A DNA stretch of 64,000 nucleotides from an uncultured Alphaproteobacteria bacterium. GTDB taxonomy: Bacteria; Pseudomonadota; Alphaproteobacteria; Methylaequorales; Methylaequoraceae. The first letter of the stretch is position 1; each line of letters begins with the position of its first letter. The position numbers and the translations under genes are program-made. Shown here one piece after another: positions 20,279 through 31,071 of this stretch. A model generated the notes under the pieces. It saw only the letters and a list, made by a program, of their open reading frames with translations. It searched no databases and was not told the DNA's origin. The DNA is taken from assembly GCA_902617375.1 (NCBI GenBank), contig CACMWI010000001.1, positions 64,090 through 128,089 of the forward strand, given 5' to 3'.

Positions 20279-20937
20279 TGTTAATTCAAAATTTAGCAAA
20301 AAAGAAAAATTGGTTATTTGATTTAGACAATACATTGTATTCACCAAATCTAGGTATATTTTCTCAAATTGACGAAAGGATGAAAAAATTCATTTCGAAA
20401 AAGCTTAAGTTATCCGAAACAAAATCTTTTGTATTACAGAAAAATTTTTATAAGAAATATGGAACAACACTCTACGGATTGATGAAGCATTATGAAGTTG
20501 ATCCCAAAGAATTTTGTAATTATGTTCACAATATTAATTTAAAGAATTTAAAACACTCTAAAAGTTTAAGAAGTAAACTCCAAGCTCTCCCTGGTCGTAA
20601 AATCATATATACAAATGGTGATTATAAGTATGCAAAAAAAATTTTGAGATGTTTAGGAATCGAAGATCAGTTCTTAGACATTTTTGATATAACAAAATCA
20701 AATTATATACCAAAGCCAATGAAATCGTCACTTAATAAATTAATAAAACAATATGAACTAAATCCTTTGGAAACTGCTTATTTTGACGATTTAGAAAAGA
20801 ATCTTATGTCAGCATCACTTAAGGGTTTTACTACCATACATATTTCAGAGAAATCAAGTAGTGAGTCACAATCTTACATTGATTTTAGATTTAAAACTGT
20901 AATAAATGCTTTAGATATGATAAGTAAAGTTTTATAA
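20278..20937 (+). CDS. Pyrimidine 5'-nucleotidase (HAD family)
   Basis: WLFDLDNTLY, YGTTL.GL, IPKP, FDDL..NL. Confidence 0.88.
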   Translation: MLIQNLAKKKNWLFDLDNTLYSPNLGIFSQIDERMKKFISKKLKLSETKSFVLQKNFYKKYGTTLYGLMKHYEVDPKEFCNYVHNINLKNLKHSKSLRSKLQALPGRKIIYTNGDYKYAKKILRCLGIEDQFLDIFDITKSNYIPKPMKSSLNKLIKQYELNPLETAYFDDLEKNLMSASLKGFTTIHISEKSSSESQSYIDFRFKTVINALDMISKVL

Positions 20938-20950
20938 ATTATAAAAAAAC

Positions 20951-21802
20951 ATGAATTCAAACGTTAAAGAAGAAATTGAAAAATATTGGGAAGAAAGAGA
21001 AAGTTTAAATTTTTCTGATCCAGATATAAAAAAAAATATATTTAGTGTTCTCCAACTACTTGACTCTGGTGAAATAAGAGTTTGCGAAAAAAAAAACGAT
21101 AATTGGATTACAAATGAATGGATAAAAAAAGGAATCTTACTTTCATTTAAAACTCAAGATAATGTAATCTTTTCTAGTGGGATTTCAAATTCTAGAAGAG
21201 GCCAGTATAGCTGGTTTGATAAAGTTTATCTTAAAACATCTGGTTGGGTCGAAGATGAATGGACAAAAAGAAGTTTTAGATCTGTTCCTGGAGCAATAGT
21301 AAGGTATTCAGCTTTTGTTGCAAAAAACGTTGTTTTAATGCCTTCATTTTTAAATTTAGGTGCTTTTGTTGATAGTGGTTCAATGATTGACACTTGGGCA
21401 ACTGTAGGTTCTTGCGCTCAGATTGGAAAAAATGTTCATATTTCTGGTGGAGCAGGTATAGGTGGAGTTTTAGAACCCTTGCAGGCTAACCCAGTAATAA
21501 TTGAAGATAATTGCTTCATTGGTGCAAGATCAGAGATAGCTGAGGGTGTAATTGTTAAAGAAGGAAGTGTAATTTCAATGGGCGTTTATGTTGGTGCATC
21601 CACCAAGATTGTAGATCGAGAAACAGGAGAGATTTATTTTGGAGAAATACCACCATATTCCGTTGTGGTTCCTGGATCGTTACCAGGAAAAAACCTTAAA
21701 AATGGAGAAATCGGTCCCAGTTTATATTGCGCAGTAATTGTAAAAAAAGTTGACGCAAAAACAAGATCAAAAACGTCAATTAACGATCTTCTTAGGTCAT
21801 AA
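20951..21802 (+). CDS. dapD: Tetrahydrodipicolinate N-succinyltransferase
   Basis: [35 protein letters not shown]. Confidence 0.96.
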   Translation: MNSNVKEEIEKYWEERESLNFSDPDIKKNIFSVLQLLDSGEIRVCEKKNDNWITNEWIKKGILLSFKTQDNVIFSSGISNSRRGQYSWFDKVYLKTSGWVEDEWTKRSFRSVPGAIVRYSAFVAKNVVLMPSFLNLGAFVDSGSMIDTWATVGSCAQIGKNVHISGGAGIGGVLEPLQANPVIIEDNCFIGARSEIAEGVIVKEGSVISMGVYVGASTKIVDRETGEIYFGEIPPYSVVVPGSLPGKNLKNGEIGPSLYCAVIVKKVDAKTRSKTSINDLLRS

Positions 21803-22950
21803 TGGATACAATTGAGTTATCATCAAAACTTATAAAATTTAAGAGTATAACGCCTGATAATTCTGGAGCGATAGATTATATTCAAAAAGTTTTAAAGAAA
21901 AAAAAGTTTAACTGCCACATACTAGAGTCTGGGACTAACAAAATTAAGAATCTTTATGCATCATTTAAAGGGGGCGAGGGACCAAACCTTTGTTTTGCAG
22001 GTCACACTGACGTTGTACCTCCAGGTGATCTGAAAAAATGGAAAACCAATCCTTTTGAACCTCATATAACAAATGGAAGATTATATGGGAGAGGAGCAAG
22101 TGACATGAAAACAGCTATTTCATCTTTCATGGTTGCTACAGAAATCTTTCTTGAGGAGAATAAATTTGCTTTTGATGGAACTATCTCTTTTCTTATAACT
22201 TCAGACGAAGAGGGAGAAGCAGAGTTTGGGACTAAGAGTCTAATAAAATGGATAAAATCTAAAAAAAAAAAGATTGATTACTGTTTAGTTGGTGAACCAA
22301 CTAATCCAAATAGACTCGGTGAAATGATTAAAATTGGGAGAAGAGGAAGTATTAATTTTTTGTTAGAAGTCTTTGGAGAACAGGGACACGTTGCATACCC
22401 TGAAAAAGCACATAATCCAATAGATAATCTAGAGAAAATATTTAAAGAACTTCATAAACCTTTTGATTCAGGATCAAAAAGGTTTCAACCTACAAAATTA
22501 ATTATTACGTCTATTGATTCGTCAAACTTCACATCAAATATCATACCTGGAAAAGTTGAAATAAGGTTCAATGTCAGATTCAATGATAAATTTAATTCCC
22601 AACAAGTTATTAATCTTATAAAAAAAAGGATCAAATCAGTGACAACAAAATATAAACTTTCCTCGAAAGTTTCTGGTGAGTCTTTTTTTAATTATTCCAA
22701 TATTCTTACAGATTCACTTGTTCGATCGATAAAAACAGTGACAAGATGTAACCCAATATTAAGTACCACTGGCGGAACCTCAGATGCGAGATTTATCTCA
22801 GAAATATGCCCAGTCGTAGAATTTGGTCTGGTAGGAAAAACAATGCACAAAGTAAATGAAATGGTTGAGGTTAGAAGTATTGATAAATTAACCAAAATTT
22901 ACCATCAATTCATTAAAAATATATTTCTAAAGAATGAGTTTAATAAGTAA
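21802..22950 (+). CDS. dapE: Succinyl-diaminopimelate desuccinylase
   Basis: FAGHTDVVP, GRGASDMK, SDEEG, GRRGS, QGHVAYP, GGTSDARF. Confidence 0.95.
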   Translation: MDTIELSSKLIKFKSITPDNSGAIDYIQKVLKKKKFNCHILESGTNKIKNLYASFKGGEGPNLCFAGHTDVVPPGDLKKWKTNPFEPHITNGRLYGRGASDMKTAISSFMVATEIFLEENKFAFDGTISFLITSDEEGEAEFGTKSLIKWIKSKKKKIDYCLVGEPTNPNRLGEMIKIGRRGSINFLLEVFGEQGHVAYPEKAHNPIDNLEKIFKELHKPFDSGSKRFQPTKLIITSIDSSNFTSNIIPGKVEIRFNVRFNDKFNSQQVINLIKKRIKSVTTKYKLSSKVSGESFFNYSNILTDSLVRSIKTVTRCNPILSTTGGTSDARFISEICPVVEFGLVGKTMHKVNEMVEVRSIDKLTKIYHQFIKNIFLKNEFNK

Positions 22951-23686
22951 CTTTTTCTAAATAAAGTCCGCATGATGGTGCCGTTGGCCCGGCTTTCGTT
23001 CTATCTTTAGATTTCAAAATTTCTACAACTTTCTCATCGTCCCATTTTCCAATACCTACATTCACCAATGTGCCAATGATAATTCTAACCTGGTTATGTA
23101 AAAACGATTTACCAAAAACTCTGATTTCAATATTGTCGTTATTTTTTTTTATTTTTATTGCTTCTAACGATCGAATTGAGGTTTTAGCCTGACAATTTAT
23201 TGAGCGAAATGCGTTAAAGTCTTTTTTTCCAATTAATACATGAGATGCCTCTTTCATTTTGCCAGTATTTAACAATCTTGGAAAATGCCATACTCTATTT
23301 TCTAAAATAAAGGATGGCGTTGATCTATTTAAAATTTTATACAAATAAATTTTTTTTTTCACAGAGAATCTTGAATGAAAGATTGCAGAAACCTTTTCAG
23401 ATTTAAGAATTGTTATTTTATTTTTCGATTTTTTTAATAAATAATTTAATGCCTTTGATATTTTTTTTGTTTCAATATGTGATTTTTTTAGGTCGAAATG
23501 TGCAATTTGTCCAAAGGCGTGCACACCAGCATCAGTCCGCCCAGAAACATAAATTTTTATTTTTGAATTAAATAGTTTTTCTAAACAAATTTCAATTTCT
23601 TCTTGAATGGATCTACCATTTTGTTGTTTTTGCCAACCTACGTATTCACTACCATCATATTCAATTGTAAGTTTAATTCTTCCCAT
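22940..23686 (-). CDS. truA: tRNA pseudouridine(38-40) synthase
   Basis: IEYDG, SGRTDAGVHA, FLHNQVR, AGPTAP..GLYL. Confidence 0.95.
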   Translation of the reverse strand: MGRIKLTIEYDGSEYVGWQKQQNGRSIQEEIEICLEKLFNSKIKIYVSGRTDAGVHAFGQIAHFDLKKSHIETKKISKALNYLLKKSKNKITILKSEKVSAIFHSRFSVKKKIYLYKILNRSTPSFILENRVWHFPRLLNTGKMKEASHVLIGKKDFNAFRSINCQAKTSIRSLEAIKIKKNNDNIEIRVFGKSFLHNQVRIIIGTLVNVGIGKWDDEKVVEILKSKDRTKAGPTAPSCGLYLEKVTY

Positions 23687-24639
23687 CAACAAAATTCTGA
23701 AATTGAAATTTTATTTCCGTTTAAAAAGTCAACTGCAGAAATTGGTTTTTTTCCATTCCTTTGAAGGATTTTTATTTTCAAGAAATCTTTACCACATCTA
23801 ACTTCAAGATCTTCATCAACCCCACCAATCTTAAGTTTATCCTTTTTTTGGTAATCTTTTTCTTTAATTATGTTGGCTTTAAGGATTTTAATTCTCGTGT
23901 CTGAATTTCGAATAATTGTCCAAGCGCCAGGTTTTGGGCTAAAAGCCTTAATTTTTTGATTAATTTCATGAGCATCTTTCTCCCAATTAATTTGTGCTTC
24001 ATTTTTTTTGATTTTTTCGGCATATGTTACAAATCTTTCATCCTGATACACATAACTAACATCATCATTGATAATTTTGAAAATTGCATCCCTCAGTATT
24101 TTTTTGCCAAAGAAAACAATCTTTTTGTAAACATTTTCGCAATTATCATCATCTTCAATAACAATTTTTTGCAAAGTTATAATTGGACCTGAATCAAGTT
24201 TTTCATCTAGCCTCATTATGCATACACCTGTTTCTTTATCATCTGACAAGATAGCTCTTTGAATTGGTGCAGCCCCTCTCCACCTAGGTAATAATGAAGC
24301 ATGAACGTTAATACTAAGATAATCTGGGATATTTATAATTTCTTTTGTTAAAATATTTCCGTATGCAACAATAATATTGAAATCAATTTTTCTTGTTTTT
24401 ACATAGTCTAAAAATTTTCTGTCTTTCATATCTGCGGGAGTTAAAACGTCAATTTTATTTTTTAAACCCCATTCATGAACAGGTGAAATGTTAACTTTTT
24501 TTCCCCTTCCAGAGGGAATTGGTGGCTTAGTAACAATATATGAAATTTTAATATTTTGAGAAAATAACTCTTTTAGGAAGCTTAATGAAAACTCTGATGT
24601 ACCGTAAAATCCAATACAAAGTTTACTTAGACTCTTCAT
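23686..24639 (-). CDS. fmt: Methionyl-tRNA formyltransferase
   Basis: INVHASLLPRWRGAAPIQRAI, LDSGP. Confidence 0.95.
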   Translation of the reverse strand: MKSLSKLCIGFYGTSEFSLSFLKELFSQNIKISYIVTKPPIPSGRGKKVNISPVHEWGLKNKIDVLTPADMKDRKFLDYVKTRKIDFNIIVAYGNILTKEIINIPDYLSINVHASLLPRWRGAAPIQRAILSDDKETGVCIMRLDEKLDSGPIITLQKIVIEDDDNCENVYKKIVFFGKKILRDAIFKIINDDVSYVYQDERFVTYAEKIKKNEAQINWEKDAHEINQKIKAFSPKPGAWTIIRNSDTRIKILKANIIKEKDYQKKDKLKIGGVDEDLEVRCGKDFLKIKILQRNGKKPISAVDFLNGNKISISEFC

Positions 24640-25147
24640 TATTTTTTTTTTGAATTTTCTTAACCTTTTCGAGAGCTCTATTTTTTTTTAATTTCGATAA
24701 ATAATCTATAAATAAAATTCCATCTAAATGATCGATTTCATGTTGAATACAAATTGATAGCAAGCCACTACATTTTTTCTTTTTTTTTTTTCCTTTTAAG
24801 TCATACCATTCAACCTCTATTTCGGACGGCCTTTTAACATCCGCATAATATCCAGGAATAGATAGACATCCCTCTTCATTAATTAACCTCTCAGGTGACG
24901 AACTTAAAATTTTAGGGTTTACCAAAGTCATTGGATTTGATTTTCCATCCTCTTTGAGGTCAATCACAACAATTCTTTTGTTAATACCAACTTGGGGTGC
25001 TGCTAAGCCAATACCGTTTCCTGAAGCTACCAAGGTATCAAACATGTTTTTTACAATGCTTTTAAGATCCTCGTCAAATGCTTCAACATTTGTTGATTTG
25101 TACTTTAATCTTTTATCAGGTATTATTAATATATCCAAAACGCTCAT
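24623..25147 (-). CDS. def: Peptide deformylase
   Basis: GIGLAAPQ, EGCLS, QHEIDHLDG. Confidence 0.97.
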   Translation of the reverse strand: MSVLDILIIPDKRLKYKSTNVEAFDEDLKSIVKNMFDTLVASGNGIGLAAPQVGINKRIVVIDLKEDGKSNPMTLVNPKILSSSPERLINEEGCLSIPGYYADVKRPSEIEVEWYDLKGKKKKKKCSGLLSICIQHEIDHLDGILFIDYLSKLKKNRALEKVKKIQKKNNEESK

Positions 25148-25158
25148 TAAATTTTACT

Positions 25159-26145
25159 ATGATAATTACTAACCAGGTTTTTTATATTATTATTCTTTTG
25201 TTATTGATCATCTTATTTTTACAATTTTTTATATCAAACAACAATACAAAAGAGAGAATTAAAATTCTATTGGAAAAACAATCAATAATTGAACAATCTA
25301 TATCAGATTTAATTATAAGAAATTTTGACAAAATTGATTCAAAGTTCGATAAATCATCTTTTGAAAATCATAACAACTTAAGTCAAATTAGAGAAAAAAT
25401 GTCCTTGATTGATAGGGCTCAACAAAATATTTCAAGTCTAACCGAGAATGTTGTTGATTTAAAAAACTTTTTGTCAAACACAACCCAAAGGGGAAGGTTC
25501 GGGGAAATGTTACTTGAAAATTTAATTAAGGACCACCTCCCCAAAGACCATTACGAGTTTCAAAAAACATTATCAAATAGCTCAAGGGTTGATTGTATGA
25601 TTATGTCACCAGGTTCTCTTAATAAAACTTGTATTGATGCTAAATTTCCAAAAGAAAGTTTTGAAAAATTTCAAAAGTCAGTTTCAAAAGATGAAAAACT
25701 CAAGCTACTTAAAAAATTTAAATCTGATATCAAAAACCATATTTCAACAGTTCAAGAAAAATATCTTATTTCAGGAGAAACTTCAGATATTGCATTAATT
25801 TTCATTCCAAGCGAACAAGTCTACTTAGAAATATTTAGATTATTTCCAGAACTTAGCGAAACATTTTACATAACAAAAGTTTTTTTAGTGTCACCCACAA
25901 CTTTGTGGATAATTCTGAATTCGATTGAGAGCCTTATAAGAGACAAAAAAATTCAGAATAATGCAACTTTTATTTTTCAACATTTGAAAGAATTAAATAC
26001 AGAGTTAATCAGGCTTGAGAGTCGCATTAAAAAGATGGATAGTCACTTTTCTAATGCCCAGGTTGATCTTAACGATATTTTGATAACCTCAAAAAAAATT
26101 TCAAATAAAAGAGAAAAATTATTGAAATTAGATGATTCTAACTAA
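25159..26145 (+). CDS. rmuC: DNA recombination protein RmuC
   Basis: RGRFGE..LE, IDAKFP, FIPSE, VSPTTL; N-terminal TM; ATG at 25159 avoids overlap with def. Confidence 0.88.
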   Translation: MIITNQVFYIIILLLLIILFLQFFISNNNTKERIKILLEKQSIIEQSISDLIIRNFDKIDSKFDKSSFENHNNLSQIREKMSLIDRAQQNISSLTENVVDLKNFLSNTTQRGRFGEMLLENLIKDHLPKDHYEFQKTLSNSSRVDCMIMSPGSLNKTCIDAKFPKESFEKFQKSVSKDEKLKLLKKFKSDIKNHISTVQEKYLISGETSDIALIFIPSEQVYLEIFRLFPELSETFYITKVFLVSPTTLWIILNSIESLIRDKKIQNNATFIFQHLKELNTELIRLESRIKKMDSHFSNAQVDLNDILITSKKISNKREKLLKLDDSN

Positions 26146-26737
26146 TTTTTTTTATTTCAGATCGAGAGGTAAATGCTGTTGACATTGTATTATAATCTAA
26201 CAGATCAAGTTCACCTCCAATAGGAATTCCTTGAGCCAATCTTGTAATTAAAATTTTAAATTTTGCACACTCGTCAGCAATATATTGTCCAGTTATTTGA
26301 CCTTCCGTAGTAGCATTTGTAGCGATTATTACCTCTTTGATAGAACCAGATTCTAACCTTTTTAATAATGAAACAATATTAAGCTGCTCAGGTCCAACTC
26401 CGTCCATTGCTGACAAAACACCACCCAACACGTGGTAAGTTCCGTTGAACGCTTTGCTTTTTTCGATTGCCCATAAATCTCCTATATCCTCGACAATACA
26501 TAGTTTTCCATTTTTTCTTTTATCATCAGCGCATATGTTACAAGGGTTAATCACATCAACATTTCCACATAAATGGCAATAAGAAAGTTCTGATTTAACA
26601 TTTTCAATGGTTGTAATTAAAGTTGGAATGATTTTTTCTTTATTTTTAAGTAAATAAAGTACTATTCTTCTTGCAGATCTTGGACCTAAACTGGGTAACT
26701 TTGAAAAAATATTAATTAATTCTCCAAGAGATGACAT
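26138..26737 (-). CDS. recR: Recombination mediator RecR
   Basis: LP.LGPRSARR, C4 zinc finger, YHVLGG, EGQ.T..Y. Confidence 0.96.
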   Translation of the reverse strand: MSSLGELINIFSKLPSLGPRSARRIVLYLLKNKEKIIPTLITTIENVKSELSYCHLCGNVDVINPCNICADDKRKNGKLCIVEDIGDLWAIEKSKAFNGTYHVLGGVLSAMDGVGPEQLNIVSLLKRLESGSIKEVIIATNATTEGQITGQYIADECAKFKILITRLAQGIPIGGELDLLDYNTMSTAFTSRSEIKKIS

Positions 26738-26741
26738 ACAT

Positions 26742-27065
26742 CTAAAAAGGTAACTTTAAACCAGGAGGTAAGCCCATACCACCAGAAATCGAACCTAACT
26801 GATCATTTGTATTTTCAGCAATTTTCTTATTTACATCGTTTAAGGCTGCTATAATAAGATCCTCTAAAACTTCCTTTTCGTCTGAATTAACAATTGAAGG
26901 GTCTATAAAAAGATTCTTAACTTCGTGTTTTCCATTCATTACAATTTTAACAGCTCCTCCACCAGAGCTTCCCTCAATTTCAGTTTCTTCTATTTTTTTT
27001 TGCATTTCAGCCATTTTTTCTTGCATTGCTTTTGCTTGTTTCATTATTTGTGACATATTATTCAT
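26742..27065 (-). CDS. ybaB: YbaB/EbfC nucleoid-associated protein
   Basis: MKQAKAMQ, GSSGGG.V, LEDLIIAA.ND; lies between dnaX and recR. Confidence 0.95.
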   Translation of the reverse strand: MNNMSQIMKQAKAMQEKMAEMQKKIEETEIEGSSGGGAVKIVMNGKHEVKNLFIDPSIVNSDEKEVLEDLIIAALNDVNKKIAENTNDQLGSISGGMGLPPGLKLPF

Positions 27066-28788
27066 TTTCTTCCCTTTTCATTAATTTATCATTTTCTAGT
27101 TCCTGTATTGAAATTACTTCAGAAGATGGAATGATTTCAAGAATTTTTTTTATAAAGTTATCATTACATATTTCTATAATCTTATTTTTTTCAATTGTTC
27201 TTTCGTATTCTTTTAAAGACTGAGAGCCTTTTCTACTTGATAACGTTATTGTCCATCTTTCTTTTTCAATCTCACTTATAAGTTTAGACGCTTTCCATAA
27301 AATCTTTCTTGAATCTTTATTTTCAGATATATTTTCAAGCTCAATCTCCCTGATATTGTTGTTGTCTTTAATGGTGACTAATTTAAATGAGGTTCTAAGG
27401 TGATGGGCTATTTGCATTTCTGATTTATTTTCAATTTTGTCTACAATTTTTTTAAATCTTGCTAAATTATTTATTCTTGCATCTGTTTTATTTTCTGATT
27501 CAATAATTTTTTTAGGTTTTGGCTCTAATGCTAAATTACTTATGGTTTCTGTGGTGTCTGCGTCATTTGATTTTTTAATTGTGTTTTCAGAAACATTTGA
27601 TTCCGTTTTGGTTTTAGCCTTAATCTCAATTTTATCTTCATTCTTAATTGATTCATTTTCTTTGAGTAATTCAAAAGGTGTGGGAACCAGAGAAATAAAG
27701 CAAAGTCTCATTATAGTCATCTCAAAGAATTGTTTTTCGTCAAAACAGTTATTAATTTCGTTAATATATTTTTGCATGAGTTCCCAAAATCTAATTAAAA
27801 AATCCATTTCAAAATTTTTAGCAACGAATTCAACAGTTTCTAAAATTTTCTTCTCAAGGTGTAAACTTTCAATATCAACTTCACTTTTAATTCTCATTGA
27901 ATGGTAGGTTAAATTCATCAACGTTTGGCTTAAAATTTTAACAGACGCTCCTTTGCTGTATAAATCTTCAAATATATCTAACGCAACTTTTGGATCCCCT
28001 TCAAATAAAGCCCTCAGTAGTTTTAAAACCAAATTGTTGTCCGATAAACCTATAACGGTTTTAATATTCTGAATTCTAACTGGATTTCCTCTGGTAAGAA
28101 CATTGTCAAGAATTGACAAAGAGTCCCTTACAGAACCTTCAGCAGATTGGGCTATTAAATTGCATCCCTCTAATTCAATCTCAAAACCCTCTTTTTTTGA
28201 AATCTCTTTTAAAAAATGACCAATTAAATCTGTATCGACTCTTTTAAGCTGAAAACGTTGGCACCGTGAAAGAATTGTTAGTGGGATTTTCTCAGTTTCC
28301 GTCGTCGCAAATATAAATATAACATCTATTGGAGGTTCTTCTAAAGTTTTTAGTAATGCGTTGAAAGCAGCTTTTGATAACATGTGAACTTCATCTATTA
28401 TAAAAATTTTTTTTTTGGCAGAGACTGGTTTATAATTGACGTTATCTATTATTTCTCTAACATCAGCAACACCAGTTTTACTTGCTGCATCAATCTCCAC
28501 TACATCAATATTATTCCCGGAATCAATAGATTCACAATTTTTACAATTACCACAGGGTTCAACCATTTCCTTACTAAGGTTCAGACAATTAACGATTTTT
28601 GCTAATATCCTTGCAAGTGTGGTTTTTCCTACTCCTCTTGTACCAGAAAATAAGTAGGCATGAGCGATTCTATCTAATTTGACTGAACCCTCAATTATTT
28701 TACAGGTTTCTTCTTGACCGATTATTTCTGATAATTTTTGTGGTCTATATTTTCTTGCTAATACTATGTAATTGTTAGAATTCTTCAT
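27058..28788 (-). CDS. dnaX: DNA polymerase III subunit gamma/tau
   Basis: LARKYRP, GTRGVGKTT, IIDEVHML, LKTLEEPP, SRCQ. Confidence 0.96.
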   Translation of the reverse strand: MKNSNNYIVLARKYRPQKLSEIIGQEETCKIIEGSVKLDRIAHAYLFSGTRGVGKTTLARILAKIVNCLNLSKEMVEPCGNCKNCESIDSGNNIDVVEIDAASKTGVADVREIIDNVNYKPVSAKKKIFIIDEVHMLSKAAFNALLKTLEEPPIDVIFIFATTETEKIPLTILSRCQRFQLKRVDTDLIGHFLKEISKKEGFEIELEGCNLIAQSAEGSVRDSLSILDNVLTRGNPVRIQNIKTVIGLSDNNLVLKLLRALFEGDPKVALDIFEDLYSKGASVKILSQTLMNLTYHSMRIKSEVDIESLHLEKKILETVEFVAKNFEMDFLIRFWELMQKYINEINNCFDEKQFFEMTIMRLCFISLVPTPFELLKENESIKNEDKIEIKAKTKTESNVSENTIKKSNDADTTETISNLALEPKPKKIIESENKTDARINNLARFKKIVDKIENKSEMQIAHHLRTSFKLVTIKDNNNIREIELENISENKDSRKILWKASKLISEIEKERWTITLSSRKGSQSLKEYERTIEKNKIIEICNDNFIKKILEIIPSSEVISIQELENDKLMKREENE

Positions 28789-28803
28789 AAAAAATCAAAA
28801 AAA

Positions 28804-28894
28804 GGAGCTGAAATTTAACCCAATAGAAAACGTTACGGCTGCTTCTTTTCAGTTCTGACCGGATTGGCGAACCTATTGCCTAAATTCAACTCCC
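28804..28894 (-). ncRNA. ffs: Signal recognition particle RNA (4.5S)
   Basis: Long hairpin GGGAGTTGAATTTAG...TTAAATTTCAGCTCC with apical GGTCAGAACTGAAAAGAAGCAGCC; canonical position upstream of dnaX. Confidence 0.9.
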
Positions 28895-28933
28895 GTTTAA
28901 ACTTATCATTAAACTTTTTACTTTTAAATAATA

Positions 28934-29767
28934 TTATTTTCTAAATTTAGAGGCTTCATAAAAACCAAGTATTCTAAATTTGGATGAAAAACTTTTAAGA
29001 ACTTTCAATGCTTTCTTAAAGCTTCCGTTGTCAGGATGCGATTCAACATCAATTATAAAAGAAAACTGTTTAAAATCTTTATTAACAAAAAAACTTTCTA
29101 ATCTTGTTAAATTGATACTGTTTTCTGCAAAACCTCCCAAAGCTTTATATAAAGATGCTGGAATATTTTTCGTATTAAAAACAATAGATGTGATTACCTT
29201 TCGATCCATATTTATTTTTGGACTACTCTTTGAAAAAACTAAAAATCTAGTTATGTTATCTCTTCTGTCTTGCAGATTTTTTTTTAGTATTCTTAGTTCA
29301 TAAATCTCAGATGCTAGCATGGATGCAATTGCAGAAATATCTGAATCCTCACTATCTCTTACAAATTTTGCTGCCCCTGCCGTATCAATATAATTTACAG
29401 GTTCCAGTTTCAATTTCTCAATATTAGCTCTACACTGCGACAAAGCATGAGTATGACTATAAACTTTGTTAATATTTTTTAATGATACATCTTTTTTTGT
29501 CATAAGATGATGTTCAACCTTGTGATAATGTTCAGCAACTATTTTCAATTCAATTTTCTCTAACAACAAATGCATATCAGCTACTCTTCCTGCAATATTG
29601 TTTTCAACTGGTATTAAAGCAAGATTCGCAACTCCTTTAGAAACTGCATCTAGGGTTTTCTGGAAAGTTTCACATGGTAAAGTTTTATAAGTCCGATAAA
29701 ATTTTCGACAAACTAAATCTGAATAAGCTCCGTCTATGCCCTGAAATGAAACTATTTTTTTTTTCAT
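28934..29767 (-). CDS. pheA: Prephenate dehydratase (monofunctional)
   Basis: FQG..GAYS, IPVEN..AGRV, SH..AL.QC, NITRF, ACT domain INLTRLES. Confidence 0.92.
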   Translation of the reverse strand: MKKKIVSFQGIDGAYSDLVCRKFYRTYKTLPCETFQKTLDAVSKGVANLALIPVENNIAGRVADMHLLLEKIELKIVAEHYHKVEHHLMTKKDVSLKNINKVYSHTHALSQCRANIEKLKLEPVNYIDTAGAAKFVRDSEDSDISAIASMLASEIYELRILKKNLQDRRDNITRFLVFSKSSPKINMDRKVITSIVFNTKNIPASLYKALGGFAENSINLTRLESFFVNKDFKQFSFIIDVESHPDNGSFKKALKVLKSFSSKFRILGFYEASKFRK

Positions 29768-29779
29768 GATTAAGGCTGA

Positions 29780-30526
29780 TTAAAAATTATTTTTTTTAAA
29801 ATGCAATCTTATTTTTTTCAAATCTTCTATCGTGTCAACACTCGGAGGATTATGTCCAACTTTAACAAGTTTTATTTTGTAATTATTATCCATTGCACGC
29901 ATTTGCTCTAAATTCCTCTCTTTTTCACGTTTAGATTGTAAAAGAGATACAAACTCTTTTAAAACATTGGGTTTATAAATATAAACACCTATATGATGAT
30001 AAATATTTTTTGTACAATCTACTGTTCTCATAAAATCTAATGCAAAACCCTCGTCGTAGTCATCAAGAACAACTCTCGCTTTAACAATATTGTTGTCATT
30101 GATTTCTGAATCTTCCAAATCGCAAACTGCCGAAGCTATGTCAACTGAATCATCTGAAAAAAGCTTAGTTGTTTTTTCTAATAAGTCTTTTTTAAAAATT
30201 GGTAAATCACCTTGAAGATTTATAATCAAATCGAAATCTTTATTAAGAATTCTATAAACTTCGTAAACTCTGTCAGTACCACTCTTGTGGGAAGATTTAG
30301 TCATCATTGCTTCTAAATTATTTTTTTCACATTCATTGTAAATTTCGCGACTATCAGTTCCAACTATGACCCTTCCTATTTTTAAATTCTCTGCATTTTG
30401 TGCTACTCTAACAATCATTGGTAATCCACTAATATTCCTTAACAGCTTTTTTTTTAGTCTAGAAGAATCTATTCTTGCTGGGATGATAATAATGGTATTT
30501 AAGGTTTTTTTATTTTTGATGGTCAC
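29780..30526 (-). CDS. kdsB: 3-deoxy-manno-octulosonate cytidylyltransferase
   Basis: IIPAR..SSRL..K.L, SGTDR, NLQGD, HIGVY.Y, LEQMRA, VDT.EDL. Confidence 0.93.
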   Translation of the reverse strand: MTIKNKKTLNTIIIIPARIDSSRLKKKLLRNISGLPMIVRVAQNAENLKIGRVIVGTDSREIYNECEKNNLEAMMTKSSHKSGTDRVYEVYRILNKDFDLIINLQGDLPIFKKDLLEKTTKLFSDDSVDIASAVCDLEDSEINDNNIVKARVVLDDYDEGFALDFMRTVDCTKNIYHHIGVYIYKPNVLKEFVSLLQSKREKERNLEQMRAMDNNYKIKLVKVGHNPPSVDTIEDLKKIRLHFKKNNF

Positions 30527-30570
30527 AATATTTGTTAATTTATATAATAATTTATAACTTCATAATAAAA

Positions 30571-31071
30571 ATGAACAAATATTTTTTGCCTGTAATATCA
30601 ATATTTATTTTATTCCAAACTTTTCACATTTTTGATGAAATATTTTTTAAGGAAAAAAATCAAAAAGATAAGGGATACATTATTATTAAAAGCACAGAAC
30701 AAAAAAATGAGATTGAAAAAGAGGAGATTAAAGAAAAAGTTAATATAGATTTATTATTACAAACAGCAAATATTGAAAAAGGAATTAAAATTTCCAAACA
30801 ATGTTTAGCTTGTCATGATTTTAGCAAAGAATTAAAAATCAAAACCGGTCCGCCACTATGGGGAATTGTTGACAGAAAAACTGCTATTATTTCTGATTTT
30901 TCGTATTCAGAAGCTTTAACTAATTTTAAAAAGTTTTGGACCGTTGAAGAACTTTTTTATTTTTTAGAGGAACCAAAAGAATATATCGAGGGTACAAAAA
31001 TGATTTACAGTGGAATTAAAAAAATAGAAGATAGAATAAATTTAATTTCCTATTTAAGATCTTTAAATTGA
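30571..31071 (+). CDS. Membrane-anchored cytochrome c (c2/CycM-like)
   Basis: CLACH, GPPLWG, FSYS.A, GTKM; N-terminal hydrophobic segment. Confidence 0.9.
   Translation: MNKYFLPVISIFILFQTFHIFDEIFFKEKNQKDKGYIIIKSTEQKNEIEKEEIKEKVNIDLLLQTANIEKGIKISKQCLACHDFSKELKIKTGPPLWGIVDRKTAIISDFSYSEALTNFKKFWTVEELFYFLEEPKEYIEGTKMIYSGIKKIEDRINLISYLRSLN

Noticed and set aside
28190..28200. A-run in dnaX as a gamma-subunit frameshift site
   Set aside because: About codon 197, far too early for gamma; A-runs are ubiquitous in this genome
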